Virus record (IMG/VR): IMGVR_UViG_3300032087_005129
Length of the DNA: 64,000 bases
Reading direction: 5' to 3' (one strand)
From: a virus
Positions 16,799 to 26,586 of the stretch are shown one piece after another (positions within the stretch are counted from its first letter, which is position 1; every line of letters begins with the position of its first letter). The notes beneath the pieces were generated by a model, which did not search any database, was not told the origin of the DNA, and was given only the letters and a program-made list of their open reading frames with translations. The translations under genes and the position numbers were made by a program.

Positions 16799-18400
16799 AT
16801 GACAAATCTCGTTCTTGCTTTTACTCTGGCAGCAAACATTGATGTTACTGAAGACATCGCAACATCAACAACTTGGACTGCGGACAACACCTACAATCTA
16901 ACAAAACAAATTTATGTGTTGCCGGGGGCAACTTTGACAATTGAAGCAGGAACAATCATTGCTTCAGAAGCAACTGCAAATGGTGCAGGTGGTTTATGTG
17001 TGACAAATGGCGCACAAATTTTTGTAAACGGAGAAAGACACGCACCAGTCGTGATGACTTCAACCCTTGATGATGGGACTTGGAGAGCATCTGCGAATGA
17101 GTGGGGTAATCTTACGCTATGCGGTGATGCATATATCGGATTCGATGGTGTAACAAACTCTGGAGGTTTCCCTTCAAACACCCTGACTCCGAGTGCATCT
17201 AACCAAGCAAACATGGAAGGTCTTGTTGAAACAGCAGGCAACTCATCTCTAAATAATTATGGTGGTGGTGATGACGATTATGATGCAGGCAATTTATCTT
17301 ATCTGTCTATTCGCTATGCGGGTAGAGTTGTCGGACTATCTAATGAACTCAATGGTCTGTCTCTTGGTGCTATTGGTCGGGATACGAAAATCCATCACAT
17401 CGAAGTAATGAACAACGTCGATGACGGCATCGAGATTTGGGGTGGTACGGTTGACCTCAAGTATGTCTCTATCTGGAATGTTGGTGATGACTCGTTTGAT
17501 GTTGATCAAGGTTGGAGAGGTCGGGCGCAGTTTGGTTTGATCGTGCAAGGCTATTCACGAAACGCTTCACAAGGTTCTGGACTCGGTGACAATATCTTTG
17601 AGTTTGATGGTGCAGAAAACTCTGATGCTCAACCAAGAACTCGTGCAGCAATCTATAACTTTACCACGATTGCAAACACTGAGTCTGGCGATGGTACAAC
17701 AACTTGGAGAGACAACGCATCGGTTCAATTCCGAAACAATATCTTCATCGGTAAAGGCGACAAACTTGTTCGTGCTGATGGGGATGATGGAGATGGATCT
17801 TCTGGGTATGGTCACAACGGTTCTCTGACGCTCGCTGAACGCTTTGAGACAGATGCAGTGGGATCAAACGGGATTGCTTACATTGATCCTGTAAACGCTG
17901 GTGCTTCTTCTATGATGGACAATCTGTATCAAGCACAAACCGATGGTAAACTTGCAGAATTGTCAAACAACATTATCTCTGGTTTTGGTGATATTTCCGA
18001 TGACCCATACTACGACATCGTGCCTGCGTCAATGCGTGTCACAAATGTTGAAACCGCAGAACTTCCGATTCGCACACTGGTTCGTGCGCCGAGTGTTGTT
18101 GTCGGTGGTAAGTCTGTGAATGCTGTTGTGTCAATTGACCCGACACCGATTGACTCTGACATTATCACGACACCCGCTCCTGCACCTGCAAATGGTTTCT
18201 ATTCACCCGTCACCTATCGTGGTGGTTTTGCTCCCGATGAAAACTGGTTGCTCGGATGGTCTGCTGCTGATGAGTTTGGTTTCTTGACAGGAACAGACGA
18301 TAGCGATTGTGGAACTTGTAAGGGTGATGCAAATGCCGATGGTGTGGTTGGTTTCCTTGACCTGACTACTATTCTTGGAAACTGGGGATGCGAAGGCTAA
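16799..18400 (+). CDS. secreted beta-helix surface protein (TonB-system-associated bacterial family) with C-terminal dockerin-like anchor
   Basis: Short signal-like N-terminus; TTWT..Y.L..GATLTIEAGT...P.V.TS...WG.L...YGG...G.LSY..IRY.G...ELNGL.LG...DDGIE.WGG..DDSFD.D.G..G..QF; ends CKGDANADGVVGFLDLTTILGNWG. Confidence 0.75.
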   Translation: MTNLVLAFTLAANIDVTEDIATSTTWTADNTYNLTKQIYVLPGATLTIEAGTIIASEATANGAGGLCVTNGAQIFVNGERHAPVVMTSTLDDGTWRASANEWGNLTLCGDAYIGFDGVTNSGGFPSNTLTPSASNQANMEGLVETAGNSSLNNYGGGDDDYDAGNLSYLSIRYAGRVVGLSNELNGLSLGAIGRDTKIHHIEVMNNVDDGIEIWGGTVDLKYVSIWNVGDDSFDVDQGWRGRAQFGLIVQGYSRNASQGSGLGDNIFEFDGAENSDAQPRTRAAIYNFTTIANTESGDGTTTWRDNASVQFRNNIFIGKGDKLVRADGDDGDGSSGYGHNGSLTLAERFETDAVGSNGIAYIDPVNAGASSMMDNLYQAQTDGKLAELSNNIISGFGDISDDPYYDIVPASMRVTNVETAELPIRTLVRAPSVVVGGKSVNAVVSIDPTPIDSDIITTPAPAPANGFYSPVTYRGGFAPDENWLLGWSAADEFGFLTGTDDSDCGTCKGDANADGVVGFLDLTTILGNWGCEG

Positions 18401-19029
18401 TCAGAACATTTGTTGCTTTCATTCTTGGGTTAGTATGCACAGCATTCTTCTTTATGCTGTTGCCATTACTTCAAGCGATCAACTCTCCATTCCAAGGTGA
18501 TTCTATGGTACGAACGATGGAAATAGTCAGCGTCCCACCACCTCCACCACCACCGATGGATGAACCGGATAAGCCTGAACCCGAACCAGAGCCAGAACCA
18601 CCTCAGATAGAATTCACACCTGAACCGCTCGACATCAGCCAGTTAGAGGTTATGCTCAATCCCGGCTTTGGTGATTTTATGGGTGGTGACTTCGGTATTC
18701 AGTTGAAGAGTGCAATAGCAAATAGCGAAGAGATGAATGAAATTTTTTCTTCGTCAGAACTCGATCAGAAGGCTCGCCGTTTGAGTGTGGTACAACCTCG
18801 TGTCACCTCTACGTTACTTCGTCAAGCCCCTGCGACCGTAGTAGTAATCTTTATTGTTGATGAAAATGGCAGGGTTCAAGATCCCAAAATTCAGCGAACG
18901 ACTAATCCATCCTTTGATCGATCTGCTCTTTCTGCTATCAAGCAATGGAAGTTTGAGCCTGCCAAAGTTCAGGGTCGTGCCGTTTCAAGTCGTCTGCGAC
19001 AATCATTTTCTTTTGAAAATAACGTATAA
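18388..19029 (+). CDS. tonB: TonB energy transducer
   Basis: N-terminal TM, poly-Pro/EPEP spacer, C-terminal V.FIVDENGRV...AL.AIKQWKFEPA...G..V domain. Confidence 0.88.
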   Translation: MRRLIRTFVAFILGLVCTAFFFMLLPLLQAINSPFQGDSMVRTMEIVSVPPPPPPPMDEPDKPEPEPEPEPPQIEFTPEPLDISQLEVMLNPGFGDFMGGDFGIQLKSAIANSEEMNEIFSSSELDQKARRLSVVQPRVTSTLLRQAPATVVVIFIVDENGRVQDPKIQRTTNPSFDRSALSAIKQWKFEPAKVQGRAVSSRLRQSFSFENNV

Positions 19030-19032
19030 ATA
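19025..19032 (+). promoter_or_regulatory. T4-type late promoter
   Basis: TATAAATA directly upstream of the 19047 ORF. Confidence 0.75.
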
Positions 19033-19046
19033 AAAGCATCGAGGTT

Positions 19047-20432
19047 ATGATGCTTGAAAAATACCCTGAAAACACAAAACTTGTTCTAAGCACACAAAAC
19101 TCTTTGGGTCGAAAACTTGAATCGTTTGGCTATAAAAACAAAGATGTTTTTGTGGTTGAAAAAGAAACCAAGACGAACAACAACATCAAAATATCAACAA
19201 AAGCAAAGCAGCACACAATCTATGTGAGTGGCCCCGATGGCTATGTCTTTAAACTATCTGTATCAGAAAAAGTCTTTGAAGGTGCTTTCACAGCATCTAA
19301 AAGTGCCAAACAAAAGATTGATCCCACTCGTTTCGAAATTGACATCGTAAATGAGATTAATGAGCGAGGGGGAAAGCAAACATTTAATGGCGGCAACGAA
19401 ACAATTGCATCGTCTGAACTGGCAAAATCAATTGTTGACTCACTCGAAGACAAGATTGGCAAAGTAAAGTCTGCAAGACCTGTCTCTGGCACATCAGTCA
19501 CTTCAAATTTAACAAAACTATATCAACAGTTTGGCGTGAAAAGCGGTGAGCCTAAAACAGATATTATAGTCGATGCAGGTAAAGAGTTTCTTTGCTCAGT
19601 TAAAAAGAAAGAACGTTCTCAGTTTGCAGCAGCACAACATAATGAGATTGCTGCTGTTGTTCAGGTTGTATTTCAGAACTCAAAAGAAGAAAAGAAACTT
19701 GCCAAAGATCTTGCCTCTATTGTGAAGAACATCATCTCAAAAGAAAACTATTATGAACTTCGAAGTCGAATACCAAACTATGATGAAGTTGTCGGTAGTG
19801 TTCTTCGTTTTTCGCCAAACAAACCAAAGAAAGAAGACTTTGAAGCATTCAATTTGATTCTGAATGAAACGGGTCTTGCAAAAAAGTTTAGCACAAGCAT
19901 TCTTGAATTGATGAATCGGAAAGATACACAAAGAAGAATTTTTCAAGAACTCATTGTCGGTGAGAAACGATTTGTAAACAAAGAACATAGTCCCTCACAC
20001 ATTTTTGCTTGGTCGGAATCTACAGGTGAAATATTCATGCAGGATATTTTTGATTATGTTGACAACTCATTCAAGCGTGGTGCGTTTCGTTTTGGTATTT
20101 CAGATCGTGGAAACAGAAGAGGTGGATCATTTAGATTAGCCCCCACAGATCTTAAAGAATGGAGACTTACAAAAGAACAATTCTATAAATACCAAGAGTT
20201 AAATGAAGTGTTCGATTGTGAAATGAATCAAGTAATTCAAGAGGCAATGGTTCAAAAATTGAAATCTTTTGGTAAAGAAACAAAAGAAAAGGTTGCAAAC
20301 GCAATTCGATATCTAGCCAATCTGGCAAAAAAGATCTTTTCGTTTGTTTCTCTTCTAATTAGTAAGGGTATTGGAAAACTAAGTGAGATGTTTGGTCTTG
20401 AATATGAGGCAGAGATTAAATACTCATTCTGA
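19047..20432 (+). CDS. hypothetical protein with possible PD-(D/E)XK nuclease-like core
   Basis: EPKTDII...CSVKK motif. Confidence 0.5.
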   Translation: MMLEKYPENTKLVLSTQNSLGRKLESFGYKNKDVFVVEKETKTNNNIKISTKAKQHTIYVSGPDGYVFKLSVSEKVFEGAFTASKSAKQKIDPTRFEIDIVNEINERGGKQTFNGGNETIASSELAKSIVDSLEDKIGKVKSARPVSGTSVTSNLTKLYQQFGVKSGEPKTDIIVDAGKEFLCSVKKKERSQFAAAQHNEIAAVVQVVFQNSKEEKKLAKDLASIVKNIISKENYYELRSRIPNYDEVVGSVLRFSPNKPKKEDFEAFNLILNETGLAKKFSTSILELMNRKDTQRRIFQELIVGEKRFVNKEHSPSHIFAWSESTGEIFMQDIFDYVDNSFKRGAFRFGISDRGNRRGGSFRLAPTDLKEWRLTKEQFYKYQELNEVFDCEMNQVIQEAMVQKLKSFGKETKEKVANAIRYLANLAKKIFSFVSLLISKGIGKLSEMFGLEYEAEIKYSF

Positions 20433-20440
20433 GGAAACAC

Positions 20441-21904
20441 ATGAAAACGTATAAAGACATACTCAAAGAACAAAAAAATAAACTTGGTAGTGCGCCAACC
20501 ATCAGCACAGGTGGCTTTAGATCGCAGAATCAATTTACGAGTGCCTCTGGTAAAACTCTAACAGGTCTTGATAACCAACTTGCATTGAGTGGCAACCTTG
20601 GTACATCTTATGGTCAAGGCGTTCTTACACCAACAGCATTCACTGATATTGGCCTTGCTAATCAGAAAACATTTATAAACACAAATAAGCCTGGAACAAA
20701 AAAAGGTGGAGTAGACGTTGATCTTGGTGGTGGAAAAGGTGTGCGAGGAGATACAGACACTCGCGGAAAAGATAACACAGACAACAACGGCAACTCCCCA
20801 ATCTATGGTGAACCCTTAACATCAGTTCAAACAGGTGATGGTGGCCAAGTTTATTTCTATGAAAATGGAATGATTGGTTATGATTTTGATGGTGACGGCA
20901 CTGTTGATTTTTGGGATCCGAGATTCTTTGGCAAAGACTTTACAGGTGAGTTCAACTATGACATGCTTCTTGAGATTTTGTCATACTACTCAAGAATAGC
21001 AAGTGGTGGTGGTGGCGAAACTGAAACGCCTCCTGGTCCTCAGCCTCCTATTGGTACAACACCTGATCCTCAGCCTCCTATCGGCACAACCCCTGATCAA
21101 CCAATTTTAGATACAGAAGTGGAAACAGAAGTAGAAGATGAACCAGATCAAGAAACTGAGGAAGATATAGATCGTGCAGGTCAATTCTATGATCCTATTT
21201 CGAATACTATTGTGAACCTGAGTTATAACCCATCACAAATCAAAGCATACTACAAAGAACTTTACGCCTTTGATGGTAACGGTGATGGTATTCCTGATTG
21301 GCTTGTTGACGGTTACAAAGCACAGGTTGAAGGACTTGGTGATTTTGCTTTGCTTTTTGGACTGTTGCCAGATCTGGTGTATGACGATGCAGGTAATTTA
21401 ACACCAGAATCGTTGCAATCAATTTCTTATCTTCTCATGTTCTATCAAAGCGAATTGATGCCTGGTTATAACTCGGTGTTTGGTGAAGGTTCAACCTTCT
21501 TTAATTACTTCTTCGGGCCAGGAGGCATCTACGAGGGAAGATATGAAGAATTCTTTGGTCAACGTGATGATGAAGGTGATGTTTTACCTGATGATTATTA
21601 CGCAGAAACATTTGCAGATAGTGAATTTATTGATAATTTCTTTGCCGATCCTCTATGGGAAAATCTAGTTGGTGACCTATTCCAAGTAGGCTATACAGTT
21701 GATGATTTAGGTAACTACATCGTTCAGTTTGAATATACAATACAGTATCCCGATGACATAAGTGGACAACCAGGCCCTACTCGAACATTCACTAATCTAT
21801 ACGGTATCGACTACGCACCGCAAGACGGAATTATTGACGAGTTATTCTTCGAAAATACAGGTCAAGGTGGCCAAGGCGGCGACATCGGGACTCAACCAGG
21901 CTAA
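20441..21904 (+). CDS. acidic protein with DxDxDG Ca-binding-like loops; possible head-internal protein
   Basis: MKTYKDILKE N-terminus; DFDGDGTVD and DGNGDGIPD; PQPPIGTTPD x2. Confidence 0.6.
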   Translation: MKTYKDILKEQKNKLGSAPTISTGGFRSQNQFTSASGKTLTGLDNQLALSGNLGTSYGQGVLTPTAFTDIGLANQKTFINTNKPGTKKGGVDVDLGGGKGVRGDTDTRGKDNTDNNGNSPIYGEPLTSVQTGDGGQVYFYENGMIGYDFDGDGTVDFWDPRFFGKDFTGEFNYDMLLEILSYYSRIASGGGGETETPPGPQPPIGTTPDPQPPIGTTPDQPILDTEVETEVEDEPDQETEEDIDRAGQFYDPISNTIVNLSYNPSQIKAYYKELYAFDGNGDGIPDWLVDGYKAQVEGLGDFALLFGLLPDLVYDDAGNLTPESLQSISYLLMFYQSELMPGYNSVFGEGSTFFNYFFGPGGIYEGRYEEFFGQRDDEGDVLPDDYYAETFADSEFIDNFFADPLWENLVGDLFQVGYTVDDLGNYIVQFEYTIQYPDDISGQPGPTRTFTNLYGIDYAPQDGIIDELFFENTGQGGQGGDIGTQPG

Positions 21905-21929
21905 TAAATAAAGGAAAAGAGAAACAAAA

Positions 21930-23081
21930 ATGAGTGACTACACAGAAGAAGAATTTTTAGACGAGCAAATGATGGGCTTTCAATCAGGTCTACTTGGTCG
22001 ACCTGAAGAGGAAGAAGACGAAGATGATGACTCTTTTTCTAGCACTATGCCGGGAAAAAGACTTCTCTCTCCTTTTGACCCAGAAAGAAAACCAGACTTA
22101 AAGATTCGCGGTAAGGACGATGTTCCGCCATCAGCGAAACCTAAGTTTGGCCCCCCAACAGGTAAGCAAATGCCTGGTATGCCAAAGATGCCTGGTATGC
22201 CTCAAGTGCCTGGTATGCCAAAGATGCCTCAGATGCCTGGTATGCCTCAGATGCCTAAGATGCCTCAGCAAGGTCTTGTGCCGAAAAAAGATTTGCAGTT
22301 TCCTGTAAAGCCACCTGCCCCTCAGGCTGGTAAACCTGCTGGTATGCCTGATCTTGGTGCGTTGATGCAACAGATGATGCAAAAGAAACAACCGCAAGCG
22401 CCTCAACAACAAGCACCAATGGGTGGTCTTGGTGCTATGATGGGCGGTATGATGGGTCAGCAAGCACCGCAGCAGGCGCCCCAACAAGCACCCCAACAGC
22501 AGCAACAAGATCAGTTTGCTACAATTAAGAAGCCTGGTGATCCTGATCCAGAATTTGTTGGTGGTGACATTGATCAAATGGCAAACCCTGTTAGAGACTA
22601 TGATGCAAAACAAGGTCTTCCTCAATATGGTCAACAAAGTCAGAAGCCTTACAATCAACAAGAGATTCTTGATAAACTTGCCTTTGGTGGTCAATACGCA
22701 AAAGACGAAAATCTAGACTTCAAGCCAATGGGTGCTACGTTCAAAGTTTATGCGAATTCACCTCAGCAAAGAGATCAGATCGAGAAGTATGCTTTGAGAT
22801 TTGGTGAAACAGGATCAAAACCAAATATTTCTCTTGGTGGTATTGAAAACAAAGGTGGAAGAGAAACGTTTGTTATTGTAATCAATAGTAACAACGACTC
22901 TGTGTATCGTGAGTTAAATCGATACCTTCAGTCAATTGGTGTTGAGTTTGAAGAACAACAACTTCTTCCTGGTCAACTTGAAGATCAAGAAACTAAGCAG
23001 AAGAAAGAAATGGAAAAACAACAAGGCGGCGGCGGAGGCGGCGGTCTTGGTGCATTAGGAGCCCTCTTGGGGGGTATGTAA
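21930..23081 (+). CDS. low-complexity Met/Pro/Gln/Gly protein
   Basis: MPGMPQ/MPK tandem repeats near 22170-22265; AATAAATA upstream. Confidence 0.6.
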   Translation: MSDYTEEEFLDEQMMGFQSGLLGRPEEEEDEDDDSFSSTMPGKRLLSPFDPERKPDLKIRGKDDVPPSAKPKFGPPTGKQMPGMPKMPGMPQVPGMPKMPQMPGMPQMPKMPQQGLVPKKDLQFPVKPPAPQAGKPAGMPDLGALMQQMMQKKQPQAPQQQAPMGGLGAMMGGMMGQQAPQQAPQQAPQQQQQDQFATIKKPGDPDPEFVGGDIDQMANPVRDYDAKQGLPQYGQQSQKPYNQQEILDKLAFGGQYAKDENLDFKPMGATFKVYANSPQQRDQIEKYALRFGETGSKPNISLGGIENKGGRETFVIVINSNNDSVYRELNRYLQSIGVEFEEQQLLPGQLEDQETKQKKEMEKQQGGGGGGGLGALGALLGGM

Positions 23082-23091
23082 GGAGAAACAT

Positions 23092-23214
23092 ATGGAATTT
23101 TTAACAACTACCTACGGTATTGTCGCTCACACAGTAATTGTTTTTGTTGCTGGTACACTTATCGGTAAGCCATTGTGGGAATGGGTTCGTAAATTCTTCC
23201 CATGGAATAAGTGA
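23092..23214 (+). CDS. 40-aa membrane peptide
   Basis: MEFLTTTYGIVAHTVIVFVAGTLIGKPLWEWVRKFFPWNK; AAGGAG SD. Confidence 0.55.
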   Translation: MEFLTTTYGIVAHTVIVFVAGTLIGKPLWEWVRKFFPWNK

Positions 23215-23229
23215 GTTAGAAACTAAATT

Positions 23230-24681
23230 ATGAAAGTTATTGTTTTTTCTAGTCGTGCAAGTAATACCGAAGAGGGTGAAAACTCTGGTCTTATGCGAAC
23301 TGCCAAGAGAATTAAAGAGGAATCTAAAAAACTTGGTGTTTCGTGTCATGTTTTTTTCAAAGAAGATTTAAATTACGAAAAGAAAAACAATAAACATTTT
23401 GTAAAGAGTGAAGATAAAGCGGAAGAGATTTCTGTTGATGACACCATCATCATTGTGAGAGGTGCAACAAAAGAAGACTCATCCGCTTTGTCTATTTTAT
23501 CCTCTCTTGAAGACGAAGGGTTTTTCATTGTTAATACAAAAGAGTGTGTTGAAATATGCGAAGACAAATATCGAACACATCTTCGTCTTAGTCAAGAAAA
23601 AATACCATCACCAAAAACAGTTGCTTTACCAAAACCAATTTTTGATGAAGAAGATGATCCTAGAAAAATAGAGAATATTAAAAACTACACTGTTCAGGTA
23701 GGGTCAAAGTATCCAATGATTCTAAAAACATCAACAGGATCAAAAGGCAGTGGTGTGATGATTATTGAATCAGAAAACTCTCTTGTTTCTGTTGTTCAAA
23801 CAATACACAAAGTTGATCGAGAAGCAAATCTTTTGCTTCAAGAGTACATACCATACAAAAAAGATATGCGTGTGATTGTTCTTGGCAACGAAGTAGTCGC
23901 TGCAATGGAAAGAAAAAGTGTTGATGGCGACTTCAGAAGCAATTATTCACTCGGCGGCAAAGCAAAGTCTGTCAACATAGATGATAATCAAAAACAACTT
24001 GCCATTGATGCCGCATCGGCAGTTGAGGGTGTGTTCGTTGGTGTTGACATTCTTGAGTCTAATGGCAGAAATTATGTCATTGAAGTAAACGCTTCGCCTG
24101 GAACTGAGGGTATTGAAACTGCGACTAAAAAGAACGTGACAAAAGAGTTTCTTGAGTATTGTCTAAACAAGACAAACTGGACAAACAAAGAGACAAACAA
24201 TGTAAAACTTGACGGTGAAAGCATAGACGAAATGTATGAAAACTATGTGTATGACACGAGTTCGATGTATTTTAATAAAAGTCTGTTGGTTCGAAAAGTA
24301 GAAAATTCTAGAGTAAACGAGTCTAAGAAAATAGATCGTCTTTTAAAACTCGAAAAGCAAGGTGATTTGTTTGCTCGTTTGTGCATCGAAGAAGCGAAAA
24401 ATCGTCAAAGAAAAGAAGAATCTGAGAAGTGGCTTAATAAAACGTTTGAAGAAAACTTTAAGCAGAAAGAAAATACTTCCAAAGTAAATACCAAACGGGA
24501 TAAATACATACAAGCCTTTGGTGAGAATTGGCAAAAAGTTTATTATGCTGAAGCATGGAGAAAGTATAACGAAGAGTATGATGAAAGCGATTTAGAAGGC
24601 ACTGATGCTTCTGTGATCAAAAGGAAATCACAAACACCTGGTGAACCTTTGTATGATTTGGTCAGAAAAAGAAATGTATAA
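23230..24681 (+). CDS. RimK-like ATP-grasp ligase with C-terminal extension
   Basis: DKYRT..L...P.T, YP.ILK..GS.G.GV, LLQEYI, D.RV.V, DFRSN.SLGG, GVDI, IEVNASPG.EGIE. Confidence 0.85.
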   Translation: MKVIVFSSRASNTEEGENSGLMRTAKRIKEESKKLGVSCHVFFKEDLNYEKKNNKHFVKSEDKAEEISVDDTIIIVRGATKEDSSALSILSSLEDEGFFIVNTKECVEICEDKYRTHLRLSQEKIPSPKTVALPKPIFDEEDDPRKIENIKNYTVQVGSKYPMILKTSTGSKGSGVMIIESENSLVSVVQTIHKVDREANLLLQEYIPYKKDMRVIVLGNEVVAAMERKSVDGDFRSNYSLGGKAKSVNIDDNQKQLAIDAASAVEGVFVGVDILESNGRNYVIEVNASPGTEGIETATKKNVTKEFLEYCLNKTNWTNKETNNVKLDGESIDEMYENYVYDTSSMYFNKSLLVRKVENSRVNESKKIDRLLKLEKQGDLFARLCIEEAKNRQRKEESEKWLNKTFEENFKQKENTSKVNTKRDKYIQAFGENWQKVYYAEAWRKYNEEYDESDLEGTDASVIKRKSQTPGEPLYDLVRKRNV

Positions 24682-24684
24682 ATA
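24677..24684 (+). promoter_or_regulatory. T4-type late promoter
   Basis: TATAAATA. Confidence 0.75.
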
Positions 24685-24700
24685 AGACTGAGGTAAAAAT

Positions 24701-25255
24701 ATGTTCACAGAAAACGAACACGAAAAGTATAAAAACGTTTGCGAAGATGCATTCAAGATCTTAGAGGGTGCACCTGGTGTTCTTTCTGAGGAAGTTTTTG
24801 ACTACGCAATTTCAGTCGCAAAGGTGATTGCCGAAAGCAAATCTATCGAAGAGAAGACTGATCTCTCACGACACGCTCTTCGTAAAATAGAAGACGTTCA
24901 AGGCACACTCACAGAAGAAGAAAGAAAAGAATTCTTTAACGTTCTTCAAACAAATATTGAAGACGTATCAATGAAGCAAGTTGTCACAGAAAACTGGATC
25001 CGAAGAGGTATGTTGGTCACAAGCCCAACACAATTAGACGAAGGTGACTACTTGGTTCGTGTTGACTATGATGGAAACGAGTCAACGGTTATTATTGAAA
25101 GTGTTTACGACAGCAACCCAGGTCTTGGCTTCACATATCGTTTTGTGACAGAAGATCATACAACTGGTGAACAATTCTTTGCCGATGAGCAACAGGTTCG
25201 TGCAAGAGGCGAATGTGTTTTTTACGAAACTGTAGATCAAAACAAAAGAAACTAA
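24701..25255 (+). CDS. hypothetical protein
   Basis: 184 aa, GAGG SD. Confidence 0.6.
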   Translation: MFTENEHEKYKNVCEDAFKILEGAPGVLSEEVFDYAISVAKVIAESKSIEEKTDLSRHALRKIEDVQGTLTEEERKEFFNVLQTNIEDVSMKQVVTENWIRRGMLVTSPTQLDEGDYLVRVDYDGNESTVIIESVYDSNPGLGFTYRFVTEDHTTGEQFFADEQQVRARGECVFYETVDQNKRN

Positions 25256-25270
25256 CAAAGGAAAGATTCA

Positions 25271-26131
25271 ATGCCAAGTTGGAAAAACGACGATAAACTT
25301 AGTTCTGTGCCATCGTGGTTAACAGAAGAAGATAAAAGAAGATGTGTTAGAACAAATCGTGGCTGGGAAATGCCATTGCGTGGCGATGGTAGTACCGGCG
25401 GTTTTGAACTTATCGTGGCCATGGGTCAAAAGGGTGACCCTACAAGAGACACAGCAGGTTCATCTTCTGGTGATCAAGCAGACGCGCCATACTTTGTGTA
25501 TCCCGACTATATGGCTGGCTCTGGTGCCACTGCTACTGCAAGTGCTACTGCTGCTGGTGCAGCATTCACAGGCACCTTTGAAGATGTAAGATCTTCTACG
25601 GGTGGCTACACGCAAGGCTCTTTCTTCCCATTCGTTGCTGCATTCCCAGATCACGTTTTGAATGACGCTGGTCCTGGTCACTTCCAAAGTGCTGATGGTA
25701 GCGATACTTCAACGGTTCACTTAAGATACTTTGTTTCATTGACAGCAGGTGGTGGTGGCGACGGGCTTACTATCGGCTCACCCTCTGTTCAAGGTATTAC
25801 TGCTGCCACTGTTTCTGTTCTTCACCTTCGAGGTGGCACAGCAACACTTGGTGAAACATTCGGTGGCTCAGGCGACTTTAGCAGTGCTGGTGTAATCGGC
25901 ACAACAGGCCAAGGTGTGTTCCCTGGCGGTAGCACATTGAATGCTCTTGGTATTGTGTTACAACCAGCGGCTGGTACTATTCCGAAATCAGCAACGGGTA
26001 ATCCGTTTGTGTATATCGGTGTTGTTGCCTTCGAAGGCACAACAGGTGGCGTCGGTGGCTTGACATCTTATGCTCAAGACCTTGCAGGCGGCCTGAGTGC
26101 TTGGAAGGGTATCACGCTCGATAGAGAGTAA
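25271..26131 (+). CDS. Gly/Ala/Thr-rich putative virion structural protein
   Basis: MPSWKNDD...GW...E.IVAM N-terminus; composition. Confidence 0.55.
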   Translation: MPSWKNDDKLSSVPSWLTEEDKRRCVRTNRGWEMPLRGDGSTGGFELIVAMGQKGDPTRDTAGSSSGDQADAPYFVYPDYMAGSGATATASATAAGAAFTGTFEDVRSSTGGYTQGSFFPFVAAFPDHVLNDAGPGHFQSADGSDTSTVHLRYFVSLTAGGGGDGLTIGSPSVQGITAATVSVLHLRGGTATLGETFGGSGDFSSAGVIGTTGQGVFPGGSTLNALGIVLQPAAGTIPKSATGNPFVYIGVVAFEGTTGGVGGLTSYAQDLAGGLSAWKGITLDRE

Positions 26132-26151
26132 AATTTAAGTAAGGAAAAGAT

Positions 26152-26586
26152 ATGATCAGTTATGATAAACTTCGTTCCAGATTGATCGGAACAGTTTTGC
26201 GTGAAACATACGGTATCTCGCCTAGACCTACCAGTGTCACACATGACATAACCGATGAATCCCAACTTCAAACGTTAAACTCTTTTTTAGCGAATGTATC
26301 AAATAAAAATTATTCAAATCCACTGAACGCTCTTTCTGAAATTAGAATGAGGCTTCATACTCTTGGTTACAACTTTGACTACGAGAATGAAATGCCTAAT
26401 GAATCAGAAGAGTATGAATTAAATCGATTTGGTGGTCGTTATGGTTTTCTTGATGACTCTGGTGATGTGACAAGTGATAATGGTTTTGATGTGACTGGCT
26501 TTATTCTTCGTGTAAACTTTGAAAAAGATTTAGTTTCTCATATGTTCATTGTTTCACCAGAGGTAGTACCAGCAGATGACGAATGA
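26152..26586 (+). CDS. conserved T4-like hypothetical protein
   Basis: LN.FL...P..AL..IR.RL...G...L..FGGR.G pattern; synteny. Confidence 0.55.
   Translation: MISYDKLRSRLIGTVLRETYGISPRPTSVTHDITDESQLQTLNSFLANVSNKNYSNPLNALSEIRMRLHTLGYNFDYENEMPNESEEYELNRFGGRYGFLDDSGDVTSDNGFDVTGFILRVNFEKDLVSHMFIVSPEVVPADDE

Noticed and set aside
22120-22694. Cys-rich (CLVC) and His-rich (HLRH) repeat ORFs
   Set aside because: Alternative readings of the MPGMPQ repeat; no SD or independent support.
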